From Felis catus (lineage: Eukaryota), in assembly GCF_018350175.1 (NCBI RefSeq), contig NC_058368.1:160024001-160088000 (forward strand): a DNA stretch of 64,000 nucleotides. Direction: 5' to 3'. Positions 53,756 through 64,000 of this stretch are shown here, piece by piece; positions within the stretch are counted from its first letter, which is position 1, and the number at the start of each line of letters is the position of its first letter. A model generated the notes under the pieces. That model was given only the letters and a program-made list of their open reading frames with translations, did not search any database and had not been told where the DNA came from. Position numbers and translations under genes: made by a program.

Positions 53756-54022
53756 TCTTTTATTATTAGTTTTTCTCTAGACAAGTTGAAAAGTCAAGTA
53801 TCTAAAGCCAGAAAAGTACTAGAAATTGGTAAATGAGGCTGTACTGAAAAATGATAAATGGTAAGTGGCTTCTGGCTTTGGGGTTAGGGAAGAATATGGA
53901 GTTGCATGTTTGTGTGGGGGCAGGGCACAATATTGAGTACACATGCCTTATCTCTGGATACTAGTCATTAGTCAGCTGTTAACCATCTGGGAATGTGAGT
54001 GTAGAATTACTAGATTTCAGAC

Positions 54023-54054
<32 letters not shown>

Positions 54055-54533
54055 TTTTTTTCAACGTTTACTTATTTTTGGGACAGAGAGAGACAGAGCA
54101 TGAACGGGGGAGGGGCAGAGAAAGGGAGACACAGAATCGGAAACAGGCTCCAGGCTCTGAGCCATCAGCCCAGAGCCTGACGCGGGGCTCGAACTCACAG
54201 ACCGCGAGATCGTGACCTGGCTGAAGTTGGACGCTTAACCGACTGCGCCACCCAGGCGCCCCTCTTTTATTATTAGTTTTTCTCTAGACAAGTTGAAAAG
54301 TCAAGTATCTAAAGCCAGAAAAGTACTAGAAATTGGTAAATGAGGCTGTACTGAAAAATGATAAATGGTAAGTGGCTTCTGGCTTTGGGGTTAGGGAAGA
54401 ATATGGAGTTGCATGTTTGTGTGGGGGCAGGGCACAATATTGAGTACACATGCCTTATCTCTGGATACTAGTCATTAGTCAGCTGTTAACCATCTGGGAA
54501 TGTGAGTGTAGAATTACTAGATTTCAGACTTTT
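53756..54533. repeat. Perfect 271-bp direct duplication (53756-54026 = 54263-54533) flanking SINE B
   Basis: Base-by-base comparison found no differences; offset 507. Confidence 0.97.
54027..54262 (-). mobile_element. Young feline Can-SINE B
   Basis: CpG-intact, same diagnostic bases as the 43839 copy (gactgcgcca, gacctggctg), long T tail. Confidence 0.97.
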
Positions 54534-54606
54534 AAAAAGGGGAATTGGAACCCTATCTTTTTTTCTTTCATGAAATACCCTGCATTTAAAAATGTTGGCT
54601 ATCCAA

Positions 54607-54820
54607 GAGCGCCTGGGTGGCTCAGTCAGTTAAGTGTCCTACTCTTGACTTCAGCTCAGGTCATGATTTTGCAGTTCATGAGTTCGAGCCCCATATCGGG
54701 CTCTGTGTTGGTAGTGCAGAGCCTGGTTGGGGTTCTGTCTCCCTCTCTCTGTCCCTCCTCTGCTTGCTCTCTATCCCTTTCTCAAATAAAAATAAACTTT
54801 AAAGAATTATTAAAAAAATA
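54607..54820 (+). mobile_element. Can-SINE
   Basis: TSD aaaaatgttggctatccaa. Confidence 0.94.
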
Positions 54821-54839
54821 AAAATGTTGGCTATCCAAA

Positions 54840-55600
54840 TACAAACCATAGAGACTTAATACTCCATCTACAGATTGGCTAAAGTCAAATAGTGTAGTAT
54901 AGGGAAATAGATGCTCTCATATATTGCTGGTGGGAACATGAGCTGAGAATACCTCCATGTGGAGCATTTTGGCAGTGACAGTCAAAATTGAGTATATATA
55001 AATGTACATATCTTTGACTTAGCAATTCTACTTTTAGAAATTTGCCCTACGAACATACTTGCATACATGCAAAATGACATGTGCGTAAGGACACTCACTG
55101 CACCACTTTTCTAATAGTAAAATATTGGAAATGTCTTAAATGCCCATCAAAAGGAATCTGGTTAAATGACTTATGGTACCTAAATGCCATGGAATGCTAT
55201 GTAGCCATTAGGGTGCATAAGGCAGCCCATATATACTGACGTAATACATATTGTTAAAAAAAAGGCAATATGTAAAATAAACAGTTTATGTTGAATGCTA
55301 CCATTTTCATTTTTGTTTTTTAAAATAACATGTATATGCTTTAACTTGAAGAATATATATAATAAATACTACATATGCTTACATTATATATAATATATAC
55401 ATACATATTATACATATTTAAAGATTAACTGTGGGAGGATATGAAACAAATTGAAAACAGGCTTGTCTCTGTGATGGATGGGGGGCGGTTGGGAGCCAAG
55501 ATGGAAAAATTAATTCCTTCTCACTGTACATCCTTCATTACTTTTTGAAGTTTGTTTCATGTGCATGTACCAATTATTTGAAAACAAAAACAAAAACAAA
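54840..55600 (+). mobile_element. Ancient L1ME-like 3' fragment
   Basis: attgctggtgggaac...tttgacttagcaattctacttttagaaatttgccct. Confidence 0.7.
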
Positions 55601-55606
55601 AATGCT

Positions 55607-56342
55607 TACCACCTCATGCCAGTCAGAGTGGCTAAAATGAACAAATCAGGAGTCTATAGATGCTGACGAGGATGTGGAGAAACGGGAACCCTCTTGCACT
55701 GTTGGTGGGAATGCAAATTGGTGTAGTCACTCTGGAAAACAGCATGGAGGTTCCTCAAAAAATTAAATATAGATTTACCCAATGACCCAGCAATAGCACT
55801 GGTAGTAATTTACCCAAGGGGTACAGAAGTGTTGATGCATAGGGGCACTTGTACCCCAATGTTTATAGCAGCACTCTCAACAATAGCCAAATGATGCAAA
55901 GAGCGTAAATGTCCATCAACTGATGAATGGATAAAGAAATTGTGGTTTATATACACAATGGAGTACTACGTGGCAATGAGAAAGAATGAAATATGGCCCT
56001 TTGTAGCAACGTGGATGGAAATGGAGAGTGTTATGCTAAGTGAAATAAGCCATACAGAGAAAGACAGATACCATATGTTTTCACTCTTAGGTGGATCCTG
56101 AGAAACTTAACAGAAACCCATGGGGGAGGGGAAGGGAAAAAAAAAAGAGGTTAGAGTAGGAGAGAGCCAAAGCATAAGAGACTCTTGGAAACTGAGAACA
56201 AACTGAGGGTTGATGGGGGGTGGGAGGGAGGGGAGGGTGGGTGATGGGTATTGAGGAGGGCACCTTTTGGGATGAGCACTGGATGTTTTATGGAAACCAA
56301 TTTGACAATAAATTTCATATGAAAAAAAAGAAAAGAAAAAAA
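55607..56342 (+). mobile_element. 5'-truncated young L1, same subfamily as the full-length copy
   Basis: Closely colinear with ~17128-17850; A-rich tail. Confidence 0.96.
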
Positions 56343-56601
56343 CCCAGAAAAATATGGACAGCTAATTAAAAAATTTAAAAACTCTTGAGTAGACCAGCAT
56401 TGAATGAACCACTCATTTGCAGCCTGTCCTTGGCCCGCAGGTCCCCAAGCTTGCCATTTCTGCTATTGCCTGAGCTCTTTGAGGCATTTGTCTCTTCCTT
56501 CCTGTACCAAGATTTAAAGTAATCACTCAATAAACATTCTAAGGTGAGTAGATCTTCTTCACTTTATGTTTCACTTCTCTTGCTCCCTTATCTGTTTTTC
56601 T

Positions 56602-56798
56602 AAAGTTTATTTATTTTTGAGAAACAGAGACAGCACTAACAGGGGAGGGGCAGAGAGAGAGGAAGACACAGAATCTGAAGCAGGATCCAGGTTCTGAGCT
56701 GTCAGCACAGAACCTGATGTAGGACTTGAACCCATGGGCCATGAGATCATGACCTGAGCCAAAGTCAGACACTTAACTGACTGAGCCACCCACGTGCC
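56602..56798 (-). mobile_element. Can-SINE
   Basis: TSD ttatctgttttt. Confidence 0.93.
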
Positions 56799-56959
56799 TC
56801 ACCATTATCTGTTTTTCTTGTTTCCTTCTGCTGCACCCCAAACCAGTCTCCCCTCAGATCTCTGGTTCTTATTTATCCATGCTCTTCCTACCACCATCCA
56901 GGATAAGAACGTGCATGTGCCAAACTGTAGTGTCTGTCAGCTTAGGTGTCTGACCCGTA

Positions 56960-57150
56960 GGCATGAATTTAGATGCTGGCTACCACTTATAGTAAACCGT
57001 TCCTACTTTCTGAACCTGTTTTCCCTTCTGAAAACTAGGAATAAGAATGCCAACGTGGCAGAATTATTGTGAGACTTTAAAAAAGTAATATACCAAAAGT
57101 GCCTTTAAAAAAGTGTCCAGTCAAGGGCTCAGAACATAGCAAGTGAACAA
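56960..57150 (+). mobile_element. MIR
   Basis: ttctgaacctgttttcccttctgaaaactaggaataag...attattgtgaga core-like. Confidence 0.6.
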
Positions 57151-58485
57151 TGACCCTTAATTCATTCCCAGAGTGATCAATAACAGTTAATTCACTCAAA
57201 GTCTTAAGCAGTCATCTATCAAAATTGTTGTTCAGATTCTTCCACTGCAGTAGGTGTAAATAATTAATAATAGTGCAAAAAGCATTTTAATTTTAGCGGC
57301 AATTAAACCATGAAGCCAAAAGAATAAAGCTCAGATGAGTAGCTTTTAAGTATTAACTGAAAGAGAGAGTTTGTTTGTTGTGTGGGAGAGAGGCTCGGCT
57401 AGGGGTTTGGAAACAGAAGTAGTAGTTCGCTCCATCTGGTTTACCTGGAAAAGGCATATAAGGCTGTGGCACTGTGGGACTCTGTAAGGTAAATATTGTT
57501 AATTAAGGCCATGCATCCCAAGGGAGGAAAAAAGCAACATGGGCTACAAGTGGCTGTATGTTAACAAAGCTACCTCTAGAGAATTTCTGAAACACACTGA
57601 GGATTTCAGAATCCATCCTGAGGATGGAATCTGAGAATCCCAGAGTTTGAGAAATGTCCCCTACCTGCCAGTTGCTACCATTTTCATTACAGGTAGAGAA
57701 TATTTAAACTGCTATCATTTTCATTATAGGTAAATTACATTTAAAATGCAAGTGTAGGGCAGCCCTGAGAGGGATAGAATATTCCAGAAGAGCCAGAGAT
57801 GGCCTAAACTGAGTAGGAGATCTTATATATATTGAGTTGGTGGACAGAATAGAAGAGAGGGAAGAATTTATGTGAATAAAAAAAAAAAAAGACTTATTTT
57901 AGCATAAATTGGCAGTTAAAGGCCACAGAGCTAAAACCGTTCTAACAGGTTGCATTTCGGTGACTTTTCAAAATGAGAGGCCCAGAATACCCATCTTAAA
58001 TCACTGTGTCCTGCAAATGACACTTGATCCATATATTGCAAAGTTGGAGCAGGGTTCTTACAATGCCTTCCAAGTTGCTATTTTAGAGTACATAATTTTT
58101 TTCCAAGATGACTAGAACACTTTGAAGACATTGCCTAGTATGTCTTTGTACCACTTAAAAAAAAAGTCAGTAGTGCTACGATTTCAGTTTTCCAGGTATG
58201 AAATGAGAGGATTAGGCTTCTGATGCCCAGGGTCAGAATTATTCTAGCTCCCAGCTTCCACTGAATGTCTTGTGGAGAGGAAGACCTTAAAAGCTCCAGA
58301 ATGGAAGAAATGTGCCTAAATTTGCTTAGAAAGTGCTGATAGAGCTAGGAGTTTCACCAGCGTTTCCTGTCTCAAAAACAAGTTCTCACTTTGGTCTTCA
58401 GTATAGTAAAACAGGGATCAGAAACTGCTACTGTTTGTTCAAAAGCAGAAGCTACAATCATTTCAAAGAAAGGGAGAGCAAAATT

Positions 58486-58497
58486 GAAACCGAAACT
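58486..58497 (+). promoter_or_regulatory. ISRE/IRF-type motif GAAACCGAAACT
   Basis: Exact GAAANNGAAACT match in repeat-poor DNA; function not shown. Confidence 0.35.
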
Positions 58498-59809
58498 CTA
58501 CTTGCACCTCTGTGTAGCGCTGTGCTCTATACCCGCCAGGGGCTGCTGCTCCCTTGTCACAAGTGAAATTATTAACCACAGAGGTGTCTTTCACTTAAGT
58601 CCTAAATCAGGACATAGCTGACCGTTTTCCGTAGTAACCCAGACATCTTCTGGGTATCCCAAAATAGTTTTTTGTGGCTTTATGAAAAGTCTTGCTTCTT
58701 TTCCTTTCTACAGCATGTGTATTCATTGACATCATTTCTGAGAGCTTTGGTCAGAATTGGTAATTCAAATAATTTGCACCATTGATCAAAATGCTCTGTA
58801 AAATAACCCAGACCCCAACGCAAAGAAGAAAACTTCATGGTATGCAGATGTTTTCTTCTCCTCCCCCTCCCCTGCCCTCCCCCTCCCCTTCCCCTCCTCC
58901 TCTTCCTCCACAATTCCAAAACCTTGGCATCCAGGACCAGATGTAAGGGAATTAGCCCCCAAACAAACTTTTGTTGGGAGCTTTCATTCATTCTTCACGG
59001 CTGTGGTAGGCCACTCAGTATTTTAATATACTTTCAACTTCAAAGATACTGATAGAAAAGAAATAAAAACAGAGGGAATTATCAGGGCATCATGTGTGTT
59101 AGGAGGTTATGTGGGGAGGTGTTACACAGGAGGCAAAGAATGCCAAGAGACTAACATGTAAAGTATTTTTGTGCCTTCCTCAGCCTTCTCTTTGCCTGAA
59201 ATGGGTTTTTTCTTATCTCTAAGCAATCTCCTCATTCATCAAGTCTCACTTCAACTATTAATTACTTCCTGCCTGAAACTCTCTTATACCTGCCCCCAAA
59301 CCTCAGATTTATTGCTTTTCTTATTTGAGTTTTTGTAGACATTTCTTAACACATCATATTACAGATTTTTATTTCAGTAGTTTTATCCTCCTGTGATAGA
59401 CTCTGAGTTCCTTGAGGATAGAAGACATTTAACTTTGCCATTCTTGCAATATGCATGGTAGTTAGTACCTAGATAATAAATGTCTGTTGAAGGGAACCAA
59501 TTTGGGGAAGGGAAGTAGTAGCTGAAAATGACCTGAAATCTTTCTTCTTTCATTTGATCCCACACATTCTTCCATTTCTCTGGATATATCTGTCACCACT
59601 TAGATGATGCATGATCAGACACCCTAACTATTAAGGCATCTTTCAAATGTCAGGCTTCCATTTCTAACAAGGCTACACAATTGTGTTATTTTAAACTTTT
59701 CAAGCCTCTTTTGCATGTTACCTTATTTAGTCCTTACAACAATTCAACAAACTTAACAAGCATCAATGACTTGGACTAGAACTAGGGTCTTTTGAACTCT
59801 CAGTATATT

Positions 59810-60480
59810 CCATTTGATTTAGAGCTTAATCATTTAAATTTTCTATAATAGTTTCAAACATATGGAAAAGTTGCAAGAATAGTGCAAAGAACATTGTATA
59901 CTTCACTTATATTCACCCATTGTTGTTGTTTAGCCACATTTGACTTCTCTCTCTCTTTCATCTATCATCTATCTAATTTTCTAAACCATTTGAAAGTTGC
60001 AAACATCATTATCCTTTACCCCCAAATATGTCAGTGTATATTTTTTTAAGAATGAGGATATTCACTTACATACTATAGTAAAATAATCCAAATCAAGAAA
60101 TTAACATTGACATAATACTTTAATCAACAGACTTATTAAAACTTTATAAATTTTTCTAATCATGTCTTTTGTAACTTGTTTTTCTCATTTAGGATTAAAC
60201 AGGATCACACACTGCATGCAATTTTTAAATCATTTTTGTCTTCCTCACTCTATTTCATGATATTGATATTTTTTAAGAGTTTAAAGCATTTATTTTGTAA
60301 AATGCACGGTAATTTCAGTTTGTCTGATATTTCCTGATGATTAGATCCAGGTTACACACTTCGGCAGAATCCTACATAAGAATAACAATGTTTCCTTCTC
60401 AGTGTATCACACCAGGAGGCATATGATATCATCTGGTCCCATCACTGGTGATATCTGCCAGTTTTCCTTCTCTATAAATT
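59810..60480 (-). mobile_element. L1MC-like 3' fragment
   Basis: gaaaagttgcaagaatagt...tttgtctgatatttcctgatgattagatccagg. Confidence 0.65.
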
Positions 60481-60547
60481 TTTCCTTATAAACTTACAAT
60501 TTTTCCATTTCTTCTTATTCCCAGAACCTTTTTATTTTTTAATCTCT

Positions 60548-61025
60548 GGTAGGGTTAATTGTAGGATAGGCAACCAACTCATAGCCTCACTCCAGCCATC
60601 ACCGAGGCACCATCCTCAGCTAGGGGGAAACTGACATCATTCTTCTCACCCTCCACTTGTGTCCTAGCTTCTCTACCCAGCAGCTGAGATGCCTCACATG
60701 TTATACAAGAGAATTAATGTGTTTGGGGCAACTCTTGACCAATGAAGGAGGACCCCAGTGGGTAAATGATACTCTCTTCTATCCCTTGGATGCACACTTC
60801 TGAGGCTCATTCTACACGGCTCTGTAGCAAGTCCCAGTGGATCATGCCCTGGTTGCCTGTGGTCATGTCCAACTCCAGAACATCCCCTGTACTATTTTCC
60901 TGTATTCTGTTTCATTCTCTTCAATCTCTCCATCGCTGATCCTTAAGATCATTTCTTAAATAATCTCTTGCATATAAGTCATTGTCTCATACTCTCTTCT
61001 CTTTCTGAAGGGACTGAGATTAAAA
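60548..61025 (+). mobile_element. LTR16-like ERVL LTR
   Basis: gaccaatg...cagtgggtaaatg...ttctgaggctcattctacacggctc...cccagtgg. Confidence 0.6.
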
Positions 61026-63199
61026 TTATAATGCCTATAGGTTACTAGAGTCAGTGGACTGAAGAATGATACAAATAGAGTTATACATCTTTCTTACATG
61101 CTATCCTTGTCCCTTCTTTTCCCCAAAACAAAACACACTCTCTTCTACACTAATGCCTCTTTATTTAGGTTCTGATTATGCCATTGACCCTCTTATCCAG
61201 TCCAATGTTTCTCCCCTGCCCACTTGCCCTACTAGGGCAATGCCTTCCCAGTGCTAATCCCTGAGGCCATTGCAAGAGAATGAAAATTGAACATGATGGC
61301 TCAGCTCAACTGCACATACCTTTTCCTCCTCCTTCTCAAGGTCCTGTCCTGCAAATTTGCTTTCTCTTTCCACTAATTATTTTCATTTTGCTCTTGCTCA
61401 TTTCTTTCTGATAGGCAACTCCTCATTCTTGTGGAAAGAAAATAAAACTGAGAAAAGGTGAGACTATTTTCTATTTCCTATAGGAGCAAAAAAAATCCCA
61501 CTCTGTGTGTATGTGTTTGGGCGTGCATGTGTGTGTCTTCTAGAAGAAAGCAGCACCATGATGAAGCACCCAGAAAATAATTTGGGATGCTAATTAAATT
61601 AAGGAGGTCCCCTTGACAGGTCTGTGGAATGAAAAGTTTTGAGAATTGGTAAATTCCCTGTCTTGGACATTAGGAAGACTGACAATTGTTTCAATTCCAA
61701 TTCAATTCAACTACATAGGTCAAAATTTAAAACTTCCACAATCAATTCCCTTCTTTTTCAATTAAAGAATATAGCAGCTATCTTCTTTAGTCATCATAGA
61801 GTTGAATAGAAATCAGAAATAATGAGATAATATGATTTCAACATGTTTTCAGATGATACAAGAATCACTCTCAATATCATGTAAACAATTTCTTCTCTGC
61901 CCCTATCATCATGCAGGTATGTGGCTTAATTTCTTTTCGCACTGGTTGTGTTCTATTCTGTCATATCTCCCTTAAGTCCAATAAGGCTGGGTTGTAGGTC
62001 TGGAGCAAACCTTTGCGCTCCAATTGTTGACAGGCCCTGCAATTAAGTTGATATTTTGAACATAATCTCTCTGAGCTGGAAGACACCACAGAGTATCCTT
62101 TATCCAACCTTCTGGCCAGTAGGAAGTCTTTCCCCAGCATACCTAACAAACGGCTTTTTCTCAGTGTAGTAATTTCAACTGCTGGTGTCAGTTGTGAGGA
62201 GTACATAAGTATTTTGTTGCAAAGTTATCAGTCTAATTGCACTTACTTGCTTTTCTCCCTCTACATTAGAAAGTATGTGCTGTCAGTCATAAACCAAGGT
62301 GAAACTATAAACATCAAGTAATAAAACCTTGTGGTTGATTTTTTTCTGCCAGTCATAGAGGTGAAAATGCAGCAATTCAGCAACATTCACTCCTTGCAGA
62401 GATAAAGGCACATTTGGAGGGACTGTGCCAGGGAAAGGAGAATAAGTAGTCTATGGCACATAGTATCCAAGTAAGCTAACCAGCTAAGACACTTTCAAAG
62501 TACAATTCAACAGGAAGTCACAGCAGATAACGCCACTCTCCTTACTGGTAATTACTGGCCTTACAATTTTAATACATGGCTGCTATGGACTAAAAGCTAG
62601 GTGGCAATTTATGCAACAGATCATTGTTTCATAGTCAGTGGTAAAGAAGGGTGGCACTAAGTAAGAGAATTTTTTTAAACCTATGAGGTAAGATAGTAAA
62701 GATATTATTAATAGAGGAAGACTAAAAGAGTAATGTCTTAATTATGGTCCATTTTTTTGATTCTCTCTTAAAGGTGATTTCTACTGCCAGGGAAGAAAGA
62801 GAAAGAAAGGATTATGGTTAGGCTGGTAATACAGAGAACAGTAATTGTTGAGTTAAATCAAAGAACCTTTCCAAATCTTAGTTGATGGGAGTACCAGTGA
62901 TCAGATATTTTTCCATTGGAAGCAATAGAGAATAGGTAGCTCATAAAAATGAAAACAAAAAAGTGCTTCCCAATAAATCCTGTTTAATGTACTAGGCCAA
63001 ACTAAACTACATAATTTAACCGATAGGCTGACATTTTCTCTGCAAGAGCCCCACCAAGTGGTCATCCACCCAGTGGGTGAAAGTCACAGAAAAACATTAG
63101 GAATCCTTCTAAGGAAAAAAAAAATAGAACAGAAGATGGATGGACACAAATCCTCCATCTGTAGAGAGATCCAGATTTAGGCTTCATGTGTAAGCAAGG

Positions 63200-63820
63200 C
63201 ATCTGCTTCTCTCCACCATTTGTTTCTGGTAACTTTCTTGTCCTTACTTGAACTATGCTTGCTCTTTGACCTCATGACCCCATGAGCTTTGAATCCTTCA
63301 TTTTCCCCTAATCAATCAACCCTCCTCTGTCTTCCCATTTTCTCCTGTCCAACCCCAGACACTGGTGTCCACCACTTAAATCATGCTTTCAATATTACTT
63401 TCAACTCTAATATAGTCGTTGTGTTTCTTTGGCACTGGAACTGAGCAGCTGAGAGTTTCTGGAGAAAAATATATAGTGACAGTTGTGGTAACTACATATT
63501 GTTGCTTTCTAACTAAGGTTGGGGCCTCAGTTATGGTCAACATGTGTCTGATAAACTGACAGTGGTTATTCTAAATCTTCCTTTTCCTCTCAGATCCCCT
63601 TTCTGCCATCAACCTATCTCAGACTCAGCAGATGATGGTTCTGCCATTTATCTGAGAAATGCCAAAGGTATGAAGTGAGAAATGCATCTTCCTCTTCCTC
63701 TTATGTATAAGCAAATTGACATTTCTACCTCCCCTTTGTGATGGAAGAGGTGCCCAACTAAAGGCTCATTTTTCAACCTGGGGCTTGGACTCCATTCCAT
63801 CTTGCCTACTCAATGAGTTC
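63200..63820 (+). mobile_element. Degenerate L2 fragment
   Basis: ctcagcagatgatgg...ctgagaaat...gggcttggactccattccatcttgcctactcaa. Confidence 0.5.
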
Positions 63821-64000
63821 ATTATATCAGTCACCTCCACCCCCATCCCCACCATCTTCACCTCAGAAAACAAAGAGAACAATGTTTTATTTATCTCATC
63901 AAAAATGAAAACAAAAAACAAGACTACTTTATGAGTTTGGGGTTTTAACTATAAGCAAAAGAAACCAACTCAGAATAACTTACAGGAAAAAAGTGGAATT

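Overview
AT-rich mammalian genomic DNA, most likely from a felid: it carries about 22 carnivore tRNA-derived Can-SINEs, some of them CpG-intact and feline-like, plus carnivore L1s. I recognise no intact host protein-coding gene, rRNA, tRNA or CRISPR array. The window is a transposon landscape. It holds one full-length but dead L1 (11928-17854, 15-bp TSD), several 5'-truncated L1s, old L1M/L2/MIR, MaLR/ERVL LTRs, an ERVL pol remnant, hAT-Charlie fossils and microsatellites. The strongest non-routine signals are mechanistic. (1) A young SINE is flanked by a perfect 271-bp duplication whose boundary coincides exactly with the 5' end of an older neighbouring SINE (53537-54533). (2) A truncated L1 carries an apparent ~185-bp 3' transduction with its own AATAAA, poly(A) and a 16-bp TSD (619-1442). 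Weaker leads are minus-strand exon-like units and an ISRE in repeat-poor DNA. I cannot support a wholly new biological system from the sequence alone. Repeat family names come from recalled consensus sequences, and boundaries of old repeats are approximate.
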